Shown: positions 17,494 through 26,007 of the stretch, in pieces
Numbering within the stretch: position 1 is the first letter of the stretch
How the letters are laid out: the number at the start of each line of letters is the position of its first letter
Assembly: GCA_964557285.1 (NCBI GenBank)
Contig: CAZKZS010000005.1
Coordinates: forward strand, 1-44,436
Direction: 5' to 3'
From: an uncultured Anaerolineae bacterium
GTDB lineage: Bacteria; Chloroflexota; Anaerolineae; Aggregatilineales; J027
Length of the DNA: 44,436 nt
Translations under genes and position numbers: made by a program
Notes under the pieces: generated by a model
Databases searched by the model: none
Told to the model about the DNA's origin: nothing
The model's input: the letters and a program-made list of their open reading frames with translations, nothing else

Positions 17494-18648
17494 TTAGCCA
17501 ACCGTTAAAAACAGCAGAAGCACTATCCATAGCGTGCTGTACATCAACGGGCGGCGTAGATTTCGTTCGGCGCTGTACAACACCACCATCAGAACCAGAC
17601 CAGGAATAAAACGGAAAATCCCTAAAAATTCGCGGTAGGTGGAAAACGGCACGAACGGCATAATAGCGGCGCTGGTAAAAAGCAGACAGGTATAGAGGGA
17701 GATGTTGTGCTGTCGAAAATCCTGCACACTTTCCCACAGCCCCCACAGCGTTGGCAGCAGCACCGGAATCCCGACCAGCAGCACCCCTAACAGCAAAAAA
17801 GCAGCAAGCCCGCCTTCCGTCCAGATTTTGATCACCCCTAAAAAAGGGATTATTTCAAAGGGTGTCGCTTTTGCACCGCCTGAACCGATGCCTATTTCTC
17901 CCAACCAGATAGAGAGATACCCCTGCCAGAGCAAAAACGGAATACCTACTGTCAGAATCAGGAAAAATGCCTCCTGCCAGCGCCGATTGATGCCTAAATA
18001 CAGAACAAATCCGGCGGTCATGATGCCTGTGGTTTCTTTGGCGAGTCCTGCCAGCCCTAAGGCAGCAGCCATCAGCCAGAACTGCTGATGTTGAAACGCC
18101 CAGATACCCACGACGACCAGCCCATAGGCCAGAGGTTCGCTGGTGCTTAACCGCGTGGAAATGACCACTCCAAAAAAGAGGCCGTAGCTGAGAGCGAACC
18201 AGCGCTTACGGCCTTCTTTTTCAAGCAAATCTTCCAGCAGATAGGTGCTGAAAAGCAGGGACGCACCGTTGACCAGTACAAACACCCAGGGGATAAGTGC
18301 TTCTGTGCCAAAACTCAGCCCGTACCCCAGACTCGGCAGCAAAATGCGCTGGTAGCGGTATGCGGGCGCGTCGATGCACGGGGCAGCATGGGCAGGGTCG
18401 CGGGCGATGTAATAATTAAACTGCCCATCATAACCTTCGATTTTTAATTGTTCATCCAGCGTTGCGTCGTCAGGAATATCACAGGTTTCGCCATCTTCCC
18501 CCGTACACTGGCTAAAACAGCTTCCGATAGCAACAAACGTTTTCGGGTCATGGTGATTGCTGAAAAAAATAAATCCGAGATACCCCACCAGTACCAGCGC
18601 CACCACCATCCAGGGGCGGACGTTACGCAAAGACATTTTCCCAGTCAA
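17494..18648 (-). CDS. Polytopic membrane protein 'M' (possible GT-C-like glycopolymer enzyme)
   Basis: 384-aa ORF. One TM helix is followed by a Cys- and Asp-rich loop (CFSQCTGEDGETCDIPDDATLDEQLKIEGYDGQFNYYIARD ... YRYQRILLP) and then about 9 hydrophobic helices. The function is inferred only from architecture and context. Confidence 0.4.
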   Translation of the reverse strand: MTGKMSLRNVRPWMVVALVLVGYLGFIFFSNHHDPKTFVAIGSCFSQCTGEDGETCDIPDDATLDEQLKIEGYDGQFNYYIARDPAHAAPCIDAPAYRYQRILLPSLGYGLSFGTEALIPWVFVLVNGASLLFSTYLLEDLLEKEGRKRWFALSYGLFFGVVISTRLSTSEPLAYGLVVVGIWAFQHQQFWLMAAALGLAGLAKETTGIMTAGFVLYLGINRRWQEAFFLILTVGIPFLLWQGYLSIWLGEIGIGSGGAKATPFEIIPFLGVIKIWTEGGLAAFLLLGVLLVGIPVLLPTLWGLWESVQDFRQHNISLYTCLLFTSAAIMPFVPFSTYREFLGIFRFIPGLVLMVVLYSAERNLRRPLMYSTLWIVLLLFLTVG

Positions 18649-19033
18649 TATCCTTCGTCAGGCCGGAGCATAAAGTTTCGAGAAACGCCAGGGCTTCTTC
18701 GGCTGTTTCGCAGTCCTTATCCCGCACATTTTGCGTATCCGCAATTTTGGCGAATACTCCCGCCAGCGCTTTGGTTTTAGCATCACTGGAAAACGAGCAG
18801 CCACCCGAATATTTATCACTGCGGAGCAAAATTTGTATCAGTTGGCGGAGCGCTTGCAGGTCGCTAATGCGTCCCTTCCTCAGGTCGGAAATGAAGTAGA
18901 GTTTTCCTTCAGCTTCGTCCAGCGCTCGTTGAATATCCTTTAAAAAGGCGTCCCGTTCTTTTTCGTTTGGGGTTTTTTCCCAGCGAATATACACCAGTTC
19001 CTTAGAGAGCTTTTGGAATCGATACGCTGTCAT
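18623..19033 (-). CDS. Hypothetical cytoplasmic protein (136 aa)
   Basis: ORF without TM segments. Its stop region overlaps the start of gene M by 26 nt. I recognise no family. Confidence 0.5.
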   Translation of the reverse strand: MTAYRFQKLSKELVYIRWEKTPNEKERDAFLKDIQRALDEAEGKLYFISDLRKGRISDLQALRQLIQILLRSDKYSGGCSFSSDAKTKALAGVFAKIADTQNVRDKDCETAEEALAFLETLCSGLTKDIDWENVFA

Positions 19034-19125
19034 TTTACCTGCCCCCAGAAGCTGCCCTCAGCGTAACATGAAAATGCTTATTCAGCCAATGCATATTTTC
19101 AGGTAGCATTAAACATGGAGGGGTC

Positions 19126-20601
19126 ATGCTCACGATTGAACGCCTGATGTTGTGGATTTTATTTATTTTGCTGTTCACAATGGCCGTGCGTGTGCCAGTG
19201 GATACCGATACCTGGTGGCATCTGCGAAGCGGCGGCAGCATTTTAGACACAGGGGAAATCCCCAAAACAGACTCTTTTTCCTTCACCAAAAACGGAGAAA
19301 CCTGGGTGGACCACAGTTGGGGCGCTCAGATGCTGCTGACCTTAAGCTACCGCATTACGGGTGGGGCAGGCAAAACAGATGACGGAGGCGTGGTCGGGCT
19401 GGCGCTGTTTACGGCGCTGCTTGGCACGGCAGGCATGGCCTTTGTTTACCGGATGTGCGCGGGAACGGTCTACAGTCGTGCCTTTGTGATGGTGTTTGGG
19501 GCAGCTACCGCCGCCGTATTCTGGTCGCCGCGCCCGCAGATGTTTTCTTTTTTCCTCAGCGCAGTCGTTTTATATTTGCTCTACCTGTATAAATTTCACC
19601 GTCGGGATTACCTGTGGGCGATTCCGGTGCTGATGGCGCTGTGGGTGAATTTGCACAGTGGGTTTGCAATCGGGTTTATCCTCCTGATAGGTTTTATGAT
19701 AGGGGAAGCGGTAGGGAATCTGTTTAATCCTCAGGATGAATACGCGGTTCACTGGCGGCGGTTGGGTAAAATCGGGCTGGTATCTGTGGTTTCTGTGCTG
19801 GCCTTATCCATCAACCCCTACGGCCCGCGTATGATTTTATATCCGTTTGAAACGGCAGGATTACAAACCCTCAATCTGCTGATTCAAGAATGGCAGTCGC
19901 CAAATTTTAAACTTCCGCAAACCTGGCCTTTTCTGATGATGCTGGCAGCCACGATTTTGTTTGCCGGGCTGACCCAAAAACGCATGATATGGAGTGACCT
20001 GAGTTTAACCATCGGAACGATGCTGCTGGCGCTCTGGGCAGGGCGGAATATTGCCGTGTTCGCGGTGGCAGCCACTCCTGCCCTTTCGCGGCTGGTCGAT
20101 GCCTATTTAGACGAACGCGGCTGGCGGCTGCGCCCCATGAAAAGTATCAAAGGCACAAAGCTGCTCATCAATTGGATTTTGCTGGTGGTGGTTACTTTTG
20201 GTGGGCTGGCAAAAATTACTTCGGATTTGCTGCCGGAAAATGTCGAAAAAGTGCAGAACGAGCTTTTGCCCCTTAAAGCAGCCGCCTATCTGGAACAAAA
20301 TCCGCCGCAGGGGAATATGTTAAATTCCTATAACTGGGGCGGACTGCTCATGTTTTTACTGCCGGAAATTCCCGTTTTTGTGGATGGGCGTACTGATTTG
20401 TATGGAGATGATTTTTTGAAAGATTACTTTGGCACTTATCTAGGAGCATCGGACTGGCGGGAACTTTTAAATGACTATGCCATTCAGACGGTCGTGGTTG
20501 AAGACGAAACGGCGCTTGCGACCCTGCTGCGAGAGGATAACCAGTGGCAGGTGGTTTATGAGGATGAGCAGGCTGTGATTCTGGAAAAAATCAGTGACTA
20601 A
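19126..20601 (+). CDS. Polytopic membrane protein 'E' (putative GT-C-type; DxD directly after TM1)
   Basis: ATG 19126 is preceded by GGAGGGG. TM1 is followed by VPVDTDTWWHLRSGGSILDTGEIPKTDSFSFT. There are many helices and a C-terminal soluble segment VFVDGRTDLYGDDFLKDYF... Confidence 0.55.
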   Translation: MLTIERLMLWILFILLFTMAVRVPVDTDTWWHLRSGGSILDTGEIPKTDSFSFTKNGETWVDHSWGAQMLLTLSYRITGGAGKTDDGGVVGLALFTALLGTAGMAFVYRMCAGTVYSRAFVMVFGAATAAVFWSPRPQMFSFFLSAVVLYLLYLYKFHRRDYLWAIPVLMALWVNLHSGFAIGFILLIGFMIGEAVGNLFNPQDEYAVHWRRLGKIGLVSVVSVLALSINPYGPRMILYPFETAGLQTLNLLIQEWQSPNFKLPQTWPFLMMLAATILFAGLTQKRMIWSDLSLTIGTMLLALWAGRNIAVFAVAATPALSRLVDAYLDERGWRLRPMKSIKGTKLLINWILLVVVTFGGLAKITSDLLPENVEKVQNELLPLKAAAYLEQNPPQGNMLNSYNWGGLLMFLLPEIPVFVDGRTDLYGDDFLKDYFGTYLGASDWRELLNDYAIQTVVVEDETALATLLREDNQWQVVYEDEQAVILEKISD

Positions 20602-21808
20602 AAACGACCTTTTTTCCGATGTTCGTGTCCTGCTGTATTTGTTTATCAGCCTGCGGGTGATTTTATTGATTGTGTATCAGCCGCAGTTAGTGAAGGAGGC
20701 TGAGGTAGAACGTGGCCTCACCACCCTGGGCGATTACCATGAACATTATGAATTTTCCCGCAGCATTACCTCAGAAAATTTGCCCTACCGCGATTATTGG
20801 GTTGAATTTCCTCCGGTCTGGCCGGCTCTAACAGCGCTGGCAGCCGTTTTTTTCAAAAATTTCACCAACTGGGCAAGTTTTATTTTTCTCATTATGACGG
20901 CCTTTGATGTGGGCAATCTGATTCTGGTGCGGAAACTGGGCATTTTTTTTCATGAAGCAGAAGTAGGCGTCGCCCTGAGTTGGGTTTATGCGCTGCTGGC
21001 CGCACCCCTTATTATGACGGCATGGAATTTTGAAAGTATCGTCATATTGACCCTGCTGATGGGTTTCTGGTTGTGGACACAGGAGAAACTTCATCTTTCT
21101 GCCGCGTGGATCGCGCTGGGCATCCTGACCAAATATCTCCCCGTGCTGATTTTGCCTGTGGTCTGGCGGTTTATGCCGCGCCGGAATGCCATTTTTTACA
21201 CGGCGGTGAGTCTGGGTTTAACGCTGCTGGTACTGATTCCTCTCATAGTATGGGGCGAGGGAATGGCGGTAACTTCGCTTACGGTGCAGGCTGAAAAACC
21301 TTCCTATCAGACCGTATGGGCGCTTATTGATGGAAATTACGCAACAGGTAGTTTCCCCGGTGGTCAATCCCGTTATGATGCCGATGCGGAAGCTGTCCAA
21401 CGCCTGGGAAATGAGGCTATTATCCCCGTTTGGCTGCGCTTGATACCCTTTGCCACCTTCGGGTTATGGTTGTTCATGCGCCCCATGCCTGCCGATGAAT
21501 CGGTCCAATTTGCTTTTCTGAGTGTAACTGTACTTCTTTTTATGCTGTGGTCGCAGGGCTGGTCGCCGCAGTGGACGGTGATCCTGCTGCCGCTTTTGCT
21601 GCTGAATTTTCCGTCACGGTTGGGGGTGCTGGCGGCGGTCACGCTAATGGTGGGAACATTTATCGAGTACCCGATGTTGTTTCGTTATGGGGCGGAATCC
21701 GGCAATGTCATTGGGGAAGCCTATCGCCTGCCCTTTGCCATGCTGATTCTGGCCCGGACAGTTTTTCTGATGGGGTTTGTTGGCGCATTAACGGGAAAAC
21801 TCAAATGA
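20594..21808 (+). CDS. Polytopic membrane protein 'F', GT87/DUF2029-like (putative polyprenyl-phosphate-sugar dependent glycosyltransferase)
   Basis: GTG start at 20594 overlaps the stop of gene E. The motif GDYHEHYEF...LPYRDYWVEFPPVWPAL resembles the DUF2029/GT87 first-loop pattern. About 10 hydrophobic helices. Confidence 0.5.
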   Translation: MTKNDLFSDVRVLLYLFISLRVILLIVYQPQLVKEAEVERGLTTLGDYHEHYEFSRSITSENLPYRDYWVEFPPVWPALTALAAVFFKNFTNWASFIFLIMTAFDVGNLILVRKLGIFFHEAEVGVALSWVYALLAAPLIMTAWNFESIVILTLLMGFWLWTQEKLHLSAAWIALGILTKYLPVLILPVVWRFMPRRNAIFYTAVSLGLTLLVLIPLIVWGEGMAVTSLTVQAEKPSYQTVWALIDGNYATGSFPGGQSRYDADAEAVQRLGNEAIIPVWLRLIPFATFGLWLFMRPMPADESVQFAFLSVTVLLFMLWSQGWSPQWTVILLPLLLLNFPSRLGVLAAVTLMVGTFIEYPMLFRYGAESGNVIGEAYRLPFAMLILARTVFLMGFVGALTGKLK

Positions 21809-23325
21809 GCCGACGCGATTATTTTATCCTTATCATCATCGGTTCAGTGATAAGTTTTCTCGTGCTGGCACAACGAGATTCTCCGGGTTATACCGATGCT
21901 TATTATTATTACAATGCGGGCGCAAAATTTGCTGATGGGGACGGGCTGACGGATATGTACCTGTGGAATTACGTCAATGCGTCAGACAGCCTCCCTACGG
22001 AAAGCCACCGTTACTGGATGCCGCTAGCATCAATTGTAGCGGCCCTACCGATGATTCTGCTGGGAACAAATTTTCACGCGGCAGCGCTGGCTTTTGTGCC
22101 GTTTTATCTTGGACTGGCCTGCCTGGGCATGGTTTTAGGGGCAAAATTGGGAAAAAATCGTCGCCATGCGTGGGCTGCCGGACTCAGCGTTTTGTTGGGC
22201 GGCATGTATTTCCCCTTTTATTTCACCACAGATACCTTTGTTTTATTTGGGCTAATCGGTGCGGTAGCTTTAACCGCCTTCGGTTTTGGGCGTGAATCCC
22301 ATCACTGGAAATGGTATGCGCTGGCAGGCATATGCAGCGCTCTGGCTCACTGGACACGGGCAGACGGGTTGTTATTTTTTATCGTCGGGCTAATGGTTCT
22401 CTGGTGGCCGATTCCGATGGAAAATAGGGGGAAAAACACAACTGTGTTTATCCTTGCCTATACTGTTACTATGCTGCCCCTCTTTATCCGTAATCTGGCC
22501 GCTTTTGGCGCTCCCCTGCCCACAGGTGGAATCGGGACGGCTTTTTTAAAAGGCTATAATGACCTGTTTAGCTATCCTGCCGAATGGCCGATGTCCGATT
22601 TTTTGGACTGGGGGATGGGCAATATTGTTCAATCACGGATTGAAGGGCTTACAGGCGCATTTGGCACATGGCTGGCGGTGGAGGGGTTTGTCTTTTTAAC
22701 TCCTCTAGCGTTGTATGCCCTTTGGAAGCGGCGGCACGAGGGCTTTTTTGCTGGCCTTATCTGGTATGCGGTGGGGCTGCATCTTGCCATGTCGCTGGTT
22801 TTTACCTATCCGGGCATACGCGGCGGGCTGTTTCATTCTTCAACGGCGCTGCTGCCGTTCTGGGTAGCGCTGGGGCTGGTTGGTTTAGACGATGTGATTG
22901 CCAGACTCGCCCGATTTCGCAAATGGAATACCCGCGAAGCACAAACGGTTTTTGGCACAGCCGTTGTCTTTTTGCCTTTGTTTCTGGGCCTCTGGTCATT
23001 TAGCCAGCAGCAGTGGAATCAACCAGATTTAAAAAAATATGTGGAAAATTTGCCCACCAATGCCCGTCTGATGGTCAACGACCCCGCAGAATGGTATTAC
23101 TGCACGGGGCGAATCGGTGTCACGCTGCCCGATGAATCCCTGGAAACCGCTTACTCCATTGCACAGCGCTATTGTATTCAGTATTTAATCATTGATGAAA
23201 ATGTGACCGACCCATTGAAGCCGCTTTTTGAGAAAAAAATGACACTGCCGCCGTTTTTAACCGAAATCCAGACGTTTGATGAAGGGGTTCAGGTGTATGA
23301 ATTTTCCGTTAGCTGCACACCGTGA
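21805..23325 (+). CDS. Polytopic membrane protein 'G', GT39/PMT_2 (ArnT-like) candidate
   Basis: ATG 21805 forms an ATGA overlap with the stop of gene F; the track start 21547 lies inside gene F. Motifs: SPGYTDAYYYYNAGAKFADGDG after TM1, and HWTRADGLLFFIVG. C-terminal soluble domain. Confidence 0.5.
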   Translation: MSRRDYFILIIIGSVISFLVLAQRDSPGYTDAYYYYNAGAKFADGDGLTDMYLWNYVNASDSLPTESHRYWMPLASIVAALPMILLGTNFHAAALAFVPFYLGLACLGMVLGAKLGKNRRHAWAAGLSVLLGGMYFPFYFTTDTFVLFGLIGAVALTAFGFGRESHHWKWYALAGICSALAHWTRADGLLFFIVGLMVLWWPIPMENRGKNTTVFILAYTVTMLPLFIRNLAAFGAPLPTGGIGTAFLKGYNDLFSYPAEWPMSDFLDWGMGNIVQSRIEGLTGAFGTWLAVEGFVFLTPLALYALWKRRHEGFFAGLIWYAVGLHLAMSLVFTYPGIRGGLFHSSTALLPFWVALGLVGLDDVIARLARFRKWNTREAQTVFGTAVVFLPLFLGLWSFSQQQWNQPDLKKYVENLPTNARLMVNDPAEWYYCTGRIGVTLPDESLETAYSIAQRYCIQYLIIDENVTDPLKPLFEKKMTLPPFLTEIQTFDEGVQVYEFSVSCTP

Positions 23326-24844
23326 CGGAATATTTCTTGTACTGGCGGCGCTGGTGGTCAGTTTTTTTGTTTTTCTGGCTGACCAGCGCCACGACATTGG
23401 CTTTCCACTGGATGATTCATGGATTCATCAGACCTACGCCCGCAATTTAGCCAACTACGGCGAATGGTCATTTGTGCGGGGCGAACCAAGCGCCGCTTCC
23501 ACTGCCCCCCTGTATTCGCTGCTGCTGGCGGTTGGGCATGGGCTGAATCTCGCGCCATATTTTTGGGCGCATCTCCTGGGGGTGATCAGCCTGACGGTAG
23601 GCGCGATTTTTGCCGCCCGCATTAGCCAACAGCTTTTTCCTAAAATACCCTATATTGGTTGGGCAACCGGATTGTCGGTGCTGCTGTCGTGGCATCTGGT
23701 CTGGGCGGCGGCGTCTGGCATGGAAACCATGCAGTTTATGGCCTTGAGTCTGGGGGTCATCTGGCTCACCTTCCGCGAACTGGATGAAAATCTCAGCGCT
23801 AAATCTGTTTTTTTACGGGGTGCTGTTCTGGGCGGGATAGGCGGGCTGCTTTTCCTGACGCGACCGGAAGGAATTTTACTCGTGGGGCTGGCTGGACTTT
23901 TATGCCTTGCGGTTTTTGGTCTAACAAACCGTTATTTTTTATGGGCATGTGGTGTAGGGATATTCTGGCTGGTGATAGTTGCCCCGTATGTGGCCTATAA
24001 CTATGACCTGACGGGCGACCTGCTCCCCAGTACCGCCGCCGCCAAAATCGCGGAAAACGCGCCCGCCCGTGCGGAGTCGATTCCGACCCGTTATGCAAAA
24101 CTGGCTGCCCCGCTTTCCGCCGGAGCGCAGTTGATGGGGCTGCCCGGCATCCTCTGGGGAATCTGGCTGACGCTGAAAAAAATACGGGGAAACCGAAAAT
24201 ATTTGCTTTTTTTGCTGCCTTTGCTCTGGGCATTAGCCCATATCACGGTGTATGTGCTGCGGCTGCCCGCCCCTTATCAGCATGGACGTTATGTGATGCC
24301 TGCGCTGCCGCCGCTTTTGCTATATATGGCGGGCGGCCTGCTGGATATGGTACAGCGTTTTAAATTTTCCATGATAGGACGGGTTTTAACGCGCACACTG
24401 GCACTTGGCACAGCGCTGACCCTCCCCGGCTTTTTGTGGATTGGCGGGCAGGCGTATGCCAATGATGTGCGAATCATCAATACGGAAATGGTAGAAACGG
24501 CGAGGTGGGTCGCTGCCAACGTACCGCCTACTGATATTTTTGCGGTGCATGATATTGGCGCATTGGGTTATTTTGCCCCGCGCCCGATCATTGACACAGC
24601 AGGGTTAGTCACCCCCGAAATTGTGCCTCTGCTGCTGAACGGGGAAAAAATGATGGCCTTTTTGTGCGAAAAAAATGCCAGGTGGCTGATGGTGCTGCCC
24701 GACCAGCGATTAGTTCCTGCCGATGACCCACGCCTTTCTCTGGCCTATGAATCGCCTTATGATTTTGCAGACAAGGCACGCGGCGGCGCGGATGAACCCT
24801 GGAAAATGCGGGTTTATCGGCTCAACTGCGATTCAAACCATTGA
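23297..24844 (+). CDS. Polytopic membrane protein 'H' (putative GT-C-type; DD motif after TM1)
   Basis: ATG 23297 (MNFPLAAHRDGIF...) overlaps gene G by 29 nt. TM1 is followed by FPLDDSWIHQTYARNLANYGEW. There are many helices and a C-terminal segment VHDIGALGYFAPRPIIDTAGLVTPE. Confidence 0.5.
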   Translation: MNFPLAAHRDGIFLVLAALVVSFFVFLADQRHDIGFPLDDSWIHQTYARNLANYGEWSFVRGEPSAASTAPLYSLLLAVGHGLNLAPYFWAHLLGVISLTVGAIFAARISQQLFPKIPYIGWATGLSVLLSWHLVWAAASGMETMQFMALSLGVIWLTFRELDENLSAKSVFLRGAVLGGIGGLLFLTRPEGILLVGLAGLLCLAVFGLTNRYFLWACGVGIFWLVIVAPYVAYNYDLTGDLLPSTAAAKIAENAPARAESIPTRYAKLAAPLSAGAQLMGLPGILWGIWLTLKKIRGNRKYLLFLLPLLWALAHITVYVLRLPAPYQHGRYVMPALPPLLLYMAGGLLDMVQRFKFSMIGRVLTRTLALGTALTLPGFLWIGGQAYANDVRIINTEMVETARWVAANVPPTDIFAVHDIGALGYFAPRPIIDTAGLVTPEIVPLLLNGEKMMAFLCEKNARWLMVLPDQRLVPADDPRLSLAYESPYDFADKARGGADEPWKMRVYRLNCDSNH

Positions 24845-24868
24845 CAGGGAGTTCGGCCTGCATATAAT
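24841..24868 (+). promoter_or_regulatory. Consensus sigma-70 type promoter for the tRNA gene
   Basis: TTGACA (24841-24846, overlapping the stop codon of gene H), 16 nt, then TATAAT (24863-24868). The tRNA starts 13 nt downstream. Confidence 0.65.
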
Positions 24869-24880
24869 AAAATGCTGGAT

Positions 24881-24952
24881 GCCGACGTAGCTCAACGGCA
24901 GAGCAAGCGAATCATAATCGCTGGGTTACTGGTTCAAATCCGGTCGTCGGCA
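24881..24952 (+). tRNA. tRNA with anticodon CAT (elongator Met, or Ile2 if C34 is lysidinylated); CCA not encoded
   Basis: Hand-folded cloverleaf: acceptor GCCGACG/CGTCGGC, D arm GCTC-AACGGCA-GAGC, anticodon arm AGCGA-ATCATAA-TCGCT, variable GGGTT, T arm ACTGG-TTCAAAT-CCGGT, discriminator A. It lacks the initiator features (no C1-A72 mismatch, no GGG/CCC anticodon stem). Confidence 0.9.
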
Positions 24953-24956
24953 CAGG

Positions 24957-24989
24957 AAGCTCACTTTTTCGAGTGAGCTTTTTATTTTT
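24957..24989 (+). terminator. Intrinsic terminator after the tRNA gene
   Basis: AAGCTCACT (24957-24965) / AGTGAGCTT (24972-24980) with loop TTTTCG, then TTTATTTTT. The T-tract overlaps the last codons of the convergent ABC ATPase gene. Confidence 0.75.
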
Positions 24990-26007
24990 CCTCCTCAAGT
25001 GGAATAATGCCTTTCCATCGGATATAGATTTTTTGATGAAGCGGCAGGGCGCAGGTTTTTTCCTGAATAGTGAGCAAAATCCCACTTTCATGGCTCAGGG
25101 TTAATTCATACTGGCTGCCCTGAAAAACTTTTTTAACCAGCATCACCGGAATCGCACCTTCGGTATTTTCAGACATAAGTTCCGCATAGGCAGGGTGAAG
25201 CAAAATGAACGGTGTGGGGCGCTCAACAGGAAAATCCCCCAATATTGTATGAGCCACATGTCCGCCGTTGATGGCAGTGAGTGAGTCTACCGGAAGAATA
25301 TTTTCCAGTCCTAAAAACCGCGCTACAAAAACGGTCTGCGGGCAGAGGTAAAGCGGTTCTGGCGGTGCGATTTGTTCAATACGTCCGGCGTTCATCACCG
25401 CGATTCGGTCTGCAATGGCAAAGGCTTCCTGCTGGTCATGGGTCACGTAAATGGCGGTCACATGAGTGGCCTTTAAAATCTCACGCAAATCCACGGCCAG
25501 CCGTTCGCGCAGGGCAGCATCCAGCGACCCCAACGGCTCATCCAGCATCAGCACACGCGGATTCGGGGCCAGGCTGCGCGCCAATGCGACTCGCTGCTGT
25601 TCCCCGCCAGAAAGCTCAGTCACAGGACGTTTTTTGAAATGTGCCAGCCCGACCAGTTCCAGCACTTCATCCACCCGTTTTTGAATTTCCGGCGGGCTTT
25701 TTCGCTGCATTTCCAGCCCAAAGGCGACATTTTTTTCCACGCTCATATGGGGAAACAGGGCAAAATCCTGAAACATCAGGCCAAAATCGCGCTGGTGAAC
25801 CGGAAGGCGGGTGATATTTTCCCCATTGAGCAGGACTGCACCCGACTCGGCGGTTTCCAGTCCAGCAATAATCCGTAAAAGGGTCGTTTTTCCGCAGCCG
25901 CTTGGTCCCAGCAGGCAGATAATCTCTCCGGCTGCAATGTCCAGTGAAACCCGCTTTAAAACAGGGACATGATTAAAGGTTTTGATGATATTTTGCGCCT
26001 GAAGCAT
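24982..26007 (-). CDS. ABC importer ATP-binding protein with C-terminal regulatory (TOBE-like) domain; ThiQ-equivalent of the riboswitch-controlled thiamine transporter
   Basis: Walker A GPSGCGKTT, signature LSGGEQQRVALAR and Walker B LMLDEPLGSLD. ATG 26007 overlaps the permease stop (TGATG); the track start 26010 is a TTG one codon upstream. Confidence 0.85.
   Translation of the reverse strand: MLQAQNIIKTFNHVPVLKRVSLDIAAGEIICLLGPSGCGKTTLLRIIAGLETAESGAVLLNGENITRLPVHQRDFGLMFQDFALFPHMSVEKNVAFGLEMQRKSPPEIQKRVDEVLELVGLAHFKKRPVTELSGGEQQRVALARSLAPNPRVLMLDEPLGSLDAALRERLAVDLREILKATHVTAIYVTHDQQEAFAIADRIAVMNAGRIEQIAPPEPLYLCPQTVFVARFLGLENILPVDSLTAINGGHVAHTILGDFPVERPTPFILLHPAYAELMSENTEGAIPVMLVKKVFQGSQYELTLSHESGILLTIQEKTCALPLHQKIYIRWKGIIPLEEEK

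Noticed and set aside
21547-21804. 86-codon upstream extension of gene G (MVAGLVAAVDGDPAAAF…).
   Set aside because: It lies wholly inside gene F in another frame and has a low-complexity Gly/Ala composition. ATG 21805 gives the ATGA coupling seen repeatedly in this window and a normal TM1-first architecture.
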